In this document: positions 8,857 to 15,673 of the stretch, piece by piece
Layout of the letters: the number at the start of each line of letters is the position of its first letter
Position numbering within the stretch: the first letter of the stretch is position 1
NCBI GenBank assembly: GCA_965209085.1
Contig: OZ242376.1
Coordinates: 1,625,695-1,657,694 of the forward strand
Length of the DNA: 32,000 nt
Direction of reading: 5' to 3'
DNA from: Nitrosopumilaceae archaeon
GTDB taxonomy: Archaea > Thermoproteota > Nitrososphaeria > Nitrososphaerales > Nitrosopumilaceae
Made by a program: the position numbers and the translations under genes
Notes under the pieces: generated by a model
Seen by the model: the letters and a program-made list of their open reading frames with translations, nothing else
Database searches by the model: none
What the model was told of the DNA's origin: nothing

Positions 8857-9294
8857 CTAGTTTATCAGTACAAGTAAAACTGGTCCAGGACTCGTCAGTG
8901 CCTCCATTCCGTCCCACACATATGTCTCAACATAATAAAGTCCCGCCTTCTCCGGAGTCCACATTATCCATGCGATTGTCGTTCCGTCAGTATCAAGCAC
9001 TCCCTCGTACACTCCGACATATTCTACATGTGGATCTTTTTCTGCAACTTTGATTTGAGCATAATACGTATACTCTTGCATGTTATTATCATATCCGACC
9101 ACTTTGTTTATTGTAATAGGAGACTGGATCAATACGAGTTCTCCTAACTGTCCGCTTCCTATGAGAGAACCTTCATTGTCGCGAATTTGCACGCCATCAA
9201 TTGTAGCCCTAAATACATCTCCGGTTTCAGGGAAAGCTGCATGTGGAATCATCAGTATGGCGAAGATTAGCAATGCCGTTACCGCATAGCGCAT
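8857..9294 (-). CDS. Secreted hypothetical protein
   Basis: N-terminal signal-like segment MRYAVTALLIFAILMIPHAAF. 145 aa. No family recognised. Confidence 0.5.
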   Translation of the reverse strand: MRYAVTALLIFAILMIPHAAFPETGDVFRATIDGVQIRDNEGSLIGSGQLGELVLIQSPITINKVVGYDNNMQEYTYYAQIKVAEKDPHVEYVGVYEGVLDTDGTTIAWIMWTPEKAGLYYVETYVWDGMEALTSPGPVLLVLIN

Positions 9295-9412
9295 GGATAA
9301 TCTACATGAAGGATCGTTAAATCAGCATCATACGATCTAATCAAACAAGGTGGTTAGCGGTATTTACCCTAGAGCATACGCTAGGAGTAATAAAAAAGAG
9401 TGTAAATGTCGT

Positions 9413-9520
9413 TTAACGACGTTTTTTCATACCAGTGATTACTATCCAGTAAACTAGACCTGGAGCTAAACCAACTATAAGAGGTATCCATACTGGCCAA
9501 CCATCTTCTACATTTGCCAT
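9413..9520 (-). CDS. Possible 35-aa single-pass membrane peptide
   Basis: Reads MANVEDGWPVWIPLIVGLAPGLVYWIVITGMKKRR*: one hydrophobic helix and a KKRR tail. A tttaaatata TATA-like box sits about 25 nt upstream of the ATG on the minus strand. It falls below the ORF-track length cutoff. Confidence 0.3.
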   Translation of the reverse strand: MANVEDGWPVWIPLIVGLAPGLVYWIVITGMKKRR

Positions 9521-9620
9521 GTACGATAACAAAAAGGCATTATATTTAAACCCATCTCATAACGTGCTCGGATATGATTTTGAAAATGTGGTAAAATAGA
9601 ATTGTGTCATGATGAAAAGG

Positions 9621-9694
9621 TGGACCGAAGGGGATTTGAACCCCTGACCCCCCGCGTGCAAGGCGGGTATACTACCAGGCTATACTATCGGCCC
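9621..9694 (-). tRNA. tRNA-Ala (UGC)
   Basis: A 74-nt cloverleaf folded by hand. The anticodon loop is CTTGCAC. A G3:U70 wobble pair is present in the acceptor stem (the Ala identity element). The T-arm is AGGGG-TTCAAAT-CCCCT. Confidence 0.9.
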
Positions 9695-9816
9695 CTGTCA
9701 AGATACCGCATCAAGTGATTTTAATTGTTATTGTTTGCATGCATATGGCGTATTTATGCCAAATGTTGCCCCGTATGCGGGTCAAAGATTTTATTTGCAT
9801 AAAATTTGGTGTGTTT

Positions 9817-10371
9817 ATGGTTCTTTTAGAGTCAAATCAGGGTTTAAAAACCGGTCAAAAAGCGCCTGATTTTGATCTTCCCGGAATTGACGGTTCAAAT
9901 CATTCCCTGTCAAGCTATGACAGCTATGAAGGTGTTCTAGTAATATTCATGTGCAATCACTGTCCGTACGTAAAGGCAAAAGTTGAGGCTATAAAAGAAA
10001 TCCACCAGACATATGGCAAACGCGTGGCAATAATAGGAATAAACAGCAATGATGCCGTAAAGTATCCAGATGACAGCTTTGATAGTATGAAATCAGTGGC
10101 AGCTGAAAAAGGTATAAAATTCGACTATCTGTACGATGAATTCCAACAGGTGGCAAAGTCGTACGGTGCAATGTGCACTCCGGATCCGTTTTTGTTTGAT
10201 TCAAAAGGCAAACTGGCCTTTCATGGAAGAATTGACAACGCCATGAAACCAGAGGATACTGCCACAGAAAAGACCATGATGGACAATATTGGCTTGCTGC
10301 TTGACGGCGGGAAAATCGAAAAAGACTTTGATCCGTCCATTGGATGCTCCATAAAATGGAAACAATCCTAA
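9817..10371 (+). CDS. Thioredoxin-fold thiol-disulfide oxidoreductase (AhpC/TSA / TlpA-like)
   Basis: Contains QKAPDFDLPGIDG...LVIFMCNHCPYV, a CxxC in the redoxin context. The start was moved to ATG 9817, which has a TATA-like ttgcataaaatt about 25 nt upstream. Confidence 0.7.
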   Translation: MVLLESNQGLKTGQKAPDFDLPGIDGSNHSLSSYDSYEGVLVIFMCNHCPYVKAKVEAIKEIHQTYGKRVAIIGINSNDAVKYPDDSFDSMKSVAAEKGIKFDYLYDEFQQVAKSYGAMCTPDPFLFDSKGKLAFHGRIDNAMKPEDTATEKTMMDNIGLLLDGGKIEKDFDPSIGCSIKWKQS

Positions 10372-10435
10372 CCGATAAACGCACTTTACAAACAAACGAT
10401 AAACCTAAAATGTCCTTCTGATTCTGCATATGCAT

Positions 10436-10523
10436 GGGCCGGTAGCTCAGCTTGGCTGGAGCGTTCGACTGATATGGTTTCTCAGAAATCGAAAGGTCGT
10501 GAGTTCGAATCTCACTCGGCCCA
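10436..10523 (+). tRNA. tRNA-Ile (GAU) with a 13-nt canonical intron
   Basis: 88 nt. Acceptor GGGCCGG/TCGGCCC, D-arm GCTC...GAGC. The anticodon stem TTCGA/TCGAA closes only after removing tggtttctcagaa 3' of position 37, which gives the loop CTGATAA. Confidence 0.8.
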
Positions 10524-10530
10524 TTTGTTT

Positions 10531-11421
10531 TTAGCCCAAGACGGTTTCGTATGAAGTCTGAAACCACTGGATTGCATGCGTGAAATCTTTTGTGGCAAGA
10601 TCCGCCCTAGAGGAGGCATCTTTGGAGTCTGAACCAAACAACAGCAGTCTGATTTTTCTAGTATGCAATTTTTTCACAACCGCTACTGCGGCCTCCGAGA
10701 AGAGTCCAAGTCCCTCGCCGGTTCCGGAGAAAATAGCAATTATCATCACGCCTTGTTTTTTTGACCATACACGGCGCAACAATTTGTGCAGATCCAAATC
10801 AAGCATTGTATCGGCCGAATTTGACATGTCTCCAACGCATGAAACCGTCCATCCGCCGTTTTGCAGTATCGATGATGCAGCACTGCACATGATTGAGCCG
10901 GTAGCATCAGATGCTAACAGTACGGCGTTTTTATCATCATCTAGAGTCGCATTCCCATCATATGCAAACCGTGTAGAATCCTGCAGGGTGTTTTGCAACA
11001 AATGTAGTTCCACGCTTCCGATGTTACCCTCCGCGTACGCATGCAGTACAGAGTCAAAAGCGGGCAGTACCACCTCTGTGATTATTTTTTCGGATGATGC
11101 CCCCATGTGCAGGCAATTGCGTATTACATGGTGTGCCGCTTTGGAAGAATTTACAAGCAACAGATCCAGATATTTTTTTGCAGCAACGTCGTAATCTTCT
11201 GGAAATGAAAATGAATCGGTCCCTTCGTGAACAAACCACACTATGGCATTTCCCACGTGTTTTTGTCCGATAATTCCCTCAGCAGAGAGTATTCCAAGAT
11301 ATTTTGAGAGCGTAACGCGATTCATTCCAATAGCTTTTGATATTTCAAGTCCAGAGAGTCCCATCTTGGATTTTCCAAGCTTGTCCACTATTTTGTGCCG
11401 GATTTCATCTACATCAGCCAT
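10531..11421 (-). CDS. Winged-HTH regulator with a C-terminal B12-binding-like module (cap helices plus Rossmann-like domain; canonical His absent)
   Basis: The N-terminus LSGLEISKAIGMNRVTLSKYLGILSAEGII is a wHTH. The middle EVVLPAFDSVLHAYAEGNIGSVELHLLQN resembles the B12-binding_2 cap. The C-terminus AVLLASDATGSIMCSAASSILQNGGWTV occupies the place of the DxHxxG...GG motif, but the His is missing. Confidence 0.5.
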   Translation of the reverse strand: MADVDEIRHKIVDKLGKSKMGLSGLEISKAIGMNRVTLSKYLGILSAEGIIGQKHVGNAIVWFVHEGTDSFSFPEDYDVAAKKYLDLLLVNSSKAAHHVIRNCLHMGASSEKIITEVVLPAFDSVLHAYAEGNIGSVELHLLQNTLQDSTRFAYDGNATLDDDKNAVLLASDATGSIMCSAASSILQNGGWTVSCVGDMSNSADTMLDLDLHKLLRRVWSKKQGVMIIAIFSGTGEGLGLFSEAAVAVVKKLHTRKIRLLLFGSDSKDASSRADLATKDFTHAIQWFQTSYETVLG

Positions 11422-11504
11422 GAATTATGCACCGCACGGTGTCGTATAAAGTATAATTTCAATTCGCACAGGTTTGCATAAAAAATATTGGGTTACATTA
11501 TGCG

Positions 11505-11535
11505 TTATTGACTAATTTGTTAGTCATGAGGTAAC
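11505..11535 (+). promoter_or_regulatory. 31-nt motif, copy 2, containing the perfect palindrome TGACTAA-tttg-TTAGTCA (11509-11526); candidate operator
   Basis: Sequence is ttattgactaatttgttagtcatgaggtaac. It is additionally flanked by GGTTAC (11490-11495) and GTAACC (11531-11536). It lies in the divergent spacer between the regulator gene (start 11421, -) and the RHH gene (start 11591, +). Confidence 0.45.
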
Positions 11536-11590
11536 CTCGTACTAGAAAAACATGCCAAGTTTTATATAGTAATATACCATAAAGTACGGT

Positions 11591-11977
11591 ATGCCAAAAG
11601 CAGGATTCAAATCAATAACAGTCTCAGAAGCAGTCTATGAAAAATTCTACGACACTTATGAGGAAAGCAAAACGGATCTTGCCGTAAAGGGCGTTCGCAG
11701 TTTTTCCGGCTATGTCACATACATGCTAGAGGAGATGATGCAAAAGGACAAAATTTTTGCAAGATATGCCCCGAAACTTGAGAAATTATCAATTGACGAT
11801 GACAGGGTCGTCATTAAAGACAACATCAAAAATAGAATAGCAGAAGTTGCCATACAAAAAGGCGAATTGTACTGTCAATTGTGCGAATCCAAAAACTGCG
11901 TACACGTAGGGTACGTATTTTCCCTGCCAGACGTCTATTTGATTTTAAATTCCCATGGAGTAAAACGCCCGCGTTAA
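11591..11977 (+). CDS. Ribbon-helix-helix (CopG/Arc-like) protein with a C-terminal Cys/His cluster
   Basis: The N-terminus KSITVSEAVYEKFYDTY...SFSGYVTYMLEEMM fits a strand-helix-helix pattern. The C-terminus CQLCESKNCVHVGYV is a CxxC...CxH motif (SWIM-like). A TATA-like ttttatatag sits about 25 nt upstream of the ATG. Confidence 0.5.
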   Translation: MPKAGFKSITVSEAVYEKFYDTYEESKTDLAVKGVRSFSGYVTYMLEEMMQKDKIFARYAPKLEKLSIDDDRVVIKDNIKNRIAEVAIQKGELYCQLCESKNCVHVGYVFSLPDVYLILNSHGVKRPR

Positions 11978-12096
11978 TGGAGGAGGTGGGATTCGAACCC
12001 ACGAACCCCTAAGAGACGGGATCGCCCATTTTAGATCTTAAGTCCCGCGTGTCCAAGGATTATACATCCTCTTTGGCCAGGCTTGACTACTCCTCC
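11978..12096 (-). tRNA. tRNA-Leu (UAA) with two introns (about 14 nt canonical and about 20 nt in the D-arm)
   Basis: 119 nt. Acceptor GGAGGAG/CTCCTCC. The anticodon stem CGGGA/TCCCG and loop CTTAAGA form after removing about 14 nt (tctaaaatgggcga). A long variable arm is present. A further 20 nt or so (aggatgtataatcc hairpin) interrupts GTC...GAC of the D-stem. The mature length is about 85 nt. Confidence 0.7.
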
Positions 12097-12219
12097 ATGG
12101 TTATACTGCCATATGTGTAAGATTTAACGGTTATTGAAAGATGTATTATAATGGAATTTTACATCATGCTGGTTTGGATCATAAAAGAGTTATAAGGATT
12201 TTAGAAATATTTAGTATAT

Positions 12220-12293
12220 GCTTCGATAGCTCAGTCTGGTAGAGCGTTACCTTGGTAAGGTAAAGGTCGCGGGTTCGGATCCCGCTCGAAGCT
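12220..12293 (+). tRNA. tRNA-Thr (GGU)
   Basis: GCTTCGA-TA-GCTC-AGTCTGGTA-GAGC-G-TTACC-TTGGTAA-GGTAA-AGGTC-GCGGG-TTCGGAT-CCCGC-TCGAAGC-T. A clean 74-nt cloverleaf. Confidence 0.92.
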
Positions 12294-13151
12294 CTAATAA
12301 TTTTTCAGTAGCAGTTCCTTATGCCCGGTACGCCTGCTTGCATTGGAGTTTATTGCCCTGTTTACTGCCACATGATGCATCTTCCATCCGGATCCAAAGA
12401 TTTTTGCAACTTCGGGCAGATCAGAATTCGTGGTCATGACATTGCATCCTTTTTTTGTCAGATTATTGCACAATGATGCAAGACGTTCAAGTTCTGCATC
12501 TCCAAAACTTTTAGCTGAATAGCTGGTAAAGCTGGCAGTTTCACTTACCGGTTTGTATGGGGGATCAAAATAGATAAAATCTCCTTTTGTAGCATCTAAC
12601 ACGGTATTTTCAAAATCGGCATACATTATTTTGATATTAGAAGAACGCAGCAACGAGCTTGCCGCACGTATGTTTTCCTCGTTTACGATGTTTGGTTTTA
12701 TATAACTTCCAATTGGTACGTTGAATTTTCCTCGTTTGTTTACTCGGTACAGGCCGTTAAAACATGTACGGTTCAAAAAGATCAGTCTAGATGATTTTGC
12801 CACTTCGCTTCTAGGTGCCGAAGCCCTTACCATTCCATAATATGTATGGCGGTCTTGGTCATACTCTCGTGCATGCCGTTTTAATGACGTAATGAGCTCT
12901 TCGGGTCTGTCCCGTACTGTGGCATATGTAAGAACAAGGTCCGCATTGATGTCAGATACGATGCAACGTTGGGACGGATTTTGCTCAAGTATGTGGAATA
13001 AAAATGCCCCCCCACCTAGAAACGGTTCATAGTATGTTCCATATTTTTCAGGCATGTTTTCAGATAATGCTCCAATAAGCTGGCGTTTTCCCCCTGCCCA
13101 TTTTACAAACGGTTTTGCACCTTGAATGAGCCTGGCATACTGTAGCGTCAT
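12294..13151 (-). CDS. dam: Dam-family N6-adenine DNA methyltransferase with no adjacent nuclease gene
   Basis: Contains FVKWAGGKRQL, YYEPFLGGGA (SAM-binding motif), NRTCFNGLYRVN and the catalytic DPPY (FDPPYKP). This is the Dam/DpnIIA/T4Dam (alpha-group) motif order. The stop codon abuts the 3' end of tRNA-Thr. Confidence 0.88.
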   Translation of the reverse strand: MTLQYARLIQGAKPFVKWAGGKRQLIGALSENMPEKYGTYYEPFLGGGAFLFHILEQNPSQRCIVSDINADLVLTYATVRDRPEELITSLKRHAREYDQDRHTYYGMVRASAPRSEVAKSSRLIFLNRTCFNGLYRVNKRGKFNVPIGSYIKPNIVNEENIRAASSLLRSSNIKIMYADFENTVLDATKGDFIYFDPPYKPVSETASFTSYSAKSFGDAELERLASLCNNLTKKGCNVMTTNSDLPEVAKIFGSGWKMHHVAVNRAINSNASRRTGHKELLLKNY

Positions 13152-13255
13152 ATGGTTACCTGTTAATCTTGTTTGAAGTTAGTAAAAGACAATAAACGAT
13201 CACAATTTGTGTAATTTTTTTAGTTAAAATGCATGAACAGGCACCATTAAGGAAT

Positions 13256-13270
13256 GAAAAATAAAAAGAG
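13256..13270 (-). terminator. Oligo-T tract downstream of amoA
   Basis: The minus strand reads ctctttttatttttc about 20 nt after the amoA stop. Archaeal termination typically uses T-runs. Confidence 0.45.
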
Positions 13271-13288
13271 GATTAGTGTATTTCCGAT

Positions 13289-13939
13289 TTAGTCCCACTT
13301 TGACCAAGCGGCCATCCACCTGTATGTCCAGGTGTTCAGCTTCACACCCAATGCCGCCATCGTTACCGATAGCACTGCTCCGGCACCAGCACCTAACGCG
13401 ACAGGACTATTGTAGAACTTTCCTACCTGCGGTTCGATTGGTGTCATGTATGGAGGCAACGTTGGTCTTGGGTACTTGAACGCAGTCTCAAGTGGGTCTG
13501 CCACGGTAATTAGATTGACCATGTTGAACAGTGGTAAAGACATTCCAACCAGTACGCCACCGAATAGTATCAGTGAGTGCTTGTTGCGTTTTGTTGCCCA
13601 GTATGCCAAATCCAACAGCATTGCTGATGGGAGCCAAACTGGAGTAACAATGAAGTCATATGGATAACCAAGTGCAAACCATGCGCCCTTGGCAATCCAC
13701 GTATACACTGTCATAATCAATGCGTAATACGTAGCTGTTCCTGGAACGCCAGTAAAGGTGAGATAATATGTCGCACCTACAACTAACATCAAAGTTTGCG
13801 ATATTGAAAATATCGTAAACGATGTCCAAGCCCAGTCAGTATAGAAGATATAATCTCCCGCATTGATTGTCAATAGAGTCGAATTTACCGCAACTACAAT
13901 TATGAAGAGGTAGTGGGTACATCGTCTAAGCCAGACCAT
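13289..13939 (-). CDS. amoA: Ammonia monooxygenase subunit A (archaeal)
   Basis: MVWLRRCTHYLFIIVVAVNSTLLTINAGDYIFYTDWAWTSF...TWTYRWMAAWSKWD is essentially the canonical 216-aa group I.1a AmoA. The start was set at ATG 13939, not the 238-aa ORF-track extension. Confidence 0.97.
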   Translation of the reverse strand: MVWLRRCTHYLFIIVVAVNSTLLTINAGDYIFYTDWAWTSFTIFSISQTLMLVVGATYYLTFTGVPGTATYYALIMTVYTWIAKGAWFALGYPYDFIVTPVWLPSAMLLDLAYWATKRNKHSLILFGGVLVGMSLPLFNMVNLITVADPLETAFKYPRPTLPPYMTPIEPQVGKFYNSPVALGAGAGAVLSVTMAALGVKLNTWTYRWMAAWSKWD

Positions 13940-13962
13940 TGTTAGATTAACAATAAGGTTAG

Positions 13963-13976
13963 TATATAAAATTATA
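13963..13976 (-). promoter_or_regulatory. TATA-like box for amoA
   Basis: The minus strand reads gctataattttatatactaacc, ending about 20-25 nt upstream of the ATG. This is consistent with a short-leader or leaderless transcript. Confidence 0.4.
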
Positions 13977-14401
13977 GCAAGATATGGACGCATGTAGCCA
14001 GTCACAGGCGTAAAAAAGACAATATTGCCAAAAATCGCCGATTTTACTGATGCTTATTTGGTAAATATCGATATTTCAGGCATTATCCACACCTTTGGCA
14101 TCCATGGTCATAATCCATGAGATCTGCCTGATCGACCATATTGCCAAAAGTGATCTGTTTGAATCAAGAATTTAAAGAACGATTGCCTAGTTGGGTATAC
14201 AGTCAGAATCTAATTCATGGGGCAATTATGTAGATATCAAGAGACAAACGCGGCCGCAACTCTTGTTTACTTGCATCCAAAAGTATGATTTGTTCAATAT
14301 ATGGCTGAACGTGAAAAATATCGTATCATGTACAATAGATCAGAATCTAATTTGAATTGCAGTATGCATTACATTAGACCATATGTATGATTGGCCAAAT
14401 T

Positions 14402-14737
14402 CACAATTTTTACAAATAAAATGACTGATTTGAACGATTATGCATACGGTGTTATACCCATTTGACCATTTCGTATATCTGAAAATGGAACATATGTTTT
14501 GCATGAAATTATGATCAGATGATCAGAATATGAAATCAGACGTATGATGTAGCAAAAAATATCCAAATGTATAGTCGGTTATGTTGGACGCGATATGAGC
14601 GTACGTAAATACGGTTTTTTAGAATTTAATTCCCGCCACCATAATACGGCATGGTAATTCACTGCATGTGTAATTCTAATGTACAATAGATATTTGCGTA
14701 ATCATTCAAATTAGTTATTTTATTTGTAAAAATTGTG
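14402..14737. repeat. 43-bp inverted repeat (arms 14402-14444 and 14695-14737) enclosing 250 nt, within the amoA-amoX spacer
   Basis: Paired by hand: 39 Watson-Crick positions, 3 G:T positions and 1 mismatch. The outer 21 bp (cacaatttttacaaataaaat / attttatttgtaaaaattgtg) pair perfectly. Confidence 0.85.
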
Positions 14738-14908
14738 TATCTGATCCATTATGCATACGATCCAATAGAAATTAATGAACCTGTACGTATAACCACGACA
14801 TTGTAATTGATTTGAAGATCATACAGTTTCATAAATATCAATAAACAAACATTACAGTTGGCAGGTTGATAGAAAAATAAAATCTACAAACAACACTAGG
14901 AAGTATTC

Positions 14909-14923
14909 AAAAATGAAAAAAAA
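14909..14923 (-). terminator. Oligo-T tract immediately downstream of amoX
   Basis: The minus strand reads aattttttttcattttt, starting 8 nt after the amoX stop. Confidence 0.5.
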
Positions 14924-14930
14924 TTGCTAT

Positions 14931-15293
14931 CTAGTGTCCTACGAACAATGAAATTAATACTGTACCTACTGCTACTGCGCCAAGTGTAACAGCAATGAGT
15001 TTGTTGCTGTTTTTAGATGAACCCTCTTCGCATACTTTGACGGAAAATAGGTAGGCAATTGACTCGACAATAGTCAAGACAATAAATGCATAGTGTCCGC
15101 TAGGTGTGGGGTAAGCCCAAGGATAATAGAAATATCCTGCTGCAGTACCTCCGAACGTGGCTAGCCATGCTGCAATGAAAGAAAGCGTGATAATGCCAGT
15201 CATGTTTTCTACACGACGACCAATCATTTTTTCTACATCAGCTGCACCGACACCGCCGCCGCCACCTGAACCAAATCCTTTTGGTAGAGTCAT
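14931..15293 (-). CDS. amoX: Small AMO-associated membrane protein AmoX (ORF38-type)
   Basis: 120 aa. A Gly-rich N-terminus is followed by hydrophobic helices (ITLSFIAAWLATFGG, AFIVLTIVESIAYLF, LIAVTLGAVAVGTVLISLFV). Its position next to amoA on the same strand matches the known amoA-amoX linkage. The start could instead be the internal MIGRR. Confidence 0.7.
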   Translation of the reverse strand: MTLPKGFGSGGGGGVGAADVEKMIGRRVENMTGIITLSFIAAWLATFGGTAAGYFYYPWAYPTPSGHYAFIVLTIVESIAYLFSVKVCEEGSSKNSNKLIAVTLGAVAVGTVLISLFVGH

Positions 15294-15383
15294 TTGAACT
15301 AATGAGATATTGAATCCTTTTAAGTCTTTTTAATTAAATAGTATGCGCTGTGTCTGAAAATCACCAATATTCCATAAAGATGG

Positions 15384-15464
15384 AGTATGAGGTCACATCA
15401 TGCCTAGAATTTATGCAATAAATGAAGATGTATGCACAAAATAGCACGAGGTGCTGACCTCATA
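15384..15464 (+). mobile_element. 81-bp MITE-like element, copy A (11-bp TIRs GTATGAGGTCA / TGACCTCATAC)
   Basis: 77 of 81 nt match the reverse complement of 20452-20532. It is flanked by aagatgga (15376-15383) and aagatggg (15465-15472), a 7-of-8 target-site duplication. Confidence 0.8.
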
Positions 15465-15673
15465 CAAGATGGGCTATTCACAGGCATTGTAGAGTTTCTG
15501 AGTGTGAAAATACATGTATGCACTATAGATCCGTGAACTAGAGTTGGCCGTAATTCACGTAAAATTGTATACAAACTATGGCCTGTCATATATCTAATAA
15601 TTTGCCTTGAATGTTTGAACTTTTGTAACCGTCTAAAGTTTCAAAGTTGTATGCATATTTGATCAAACACAAT

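Noticed and set aside
9715-9816. The long N-terminal extension of the thioredoxin-like ORF (218 aa).
   Set aside because: The extension begins 20 nt from the tRNA-Ala gene and is Cys/Met/Ile-rich nonsense. The internal ATG at 9817 has a TATA-like box at about -25 and yields a normal redoxin N-terminus.
11498-11535. The 31-nt motif read as an IS right TIR (attatgc...catgaggt) interrupted by a 22-nt insertion. Related gtatgagg-like strings occur at 25029 and 2833.
   Set aside because: The matches are only 7-8 nt on each side. With this much pattern searching, such short matches are expected by chance, so I report only the 31-nt repeat itself.
12220-13288. A genomic island integrated at tRNA-Thr, with the Dam methyltransferase as cargo.
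   Set aside because: I found no repeat of the tRNA-Thr 3' segment between 13152 and 13288 or elsewhere in the window, and no integrase. The zero-gap tRNA/stop-codon packing also occurs at tRNA-Leu (11977/11978), so it reflects general genome compaction.
13940-14005. A 22-codon N-terminal extension of amoA (the 238-aa ORF in the track).
   Set aside because: Canonical archaeal AmoA starts at MVWLRR (216 aa). A TATA-like box lies inside the putative extension at the right distance from ATG 13939.
14251-14258. Two NotI sites (gcggccgc), at 14251-14258 and 30893-30900, both in AT-rich intergenic DNA.
   Set aside because: This is unexpected for an 8-mer of pure G/C. However, the flanks share no further similarity, so I could not support a common motif. 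Two occurrences are too few to interpret.
15404-15589. A 61-aa minus-strand ORF between amoX and the IS.
   Set aside because: It runs through the MITE copy and has no start context or recognisable features.
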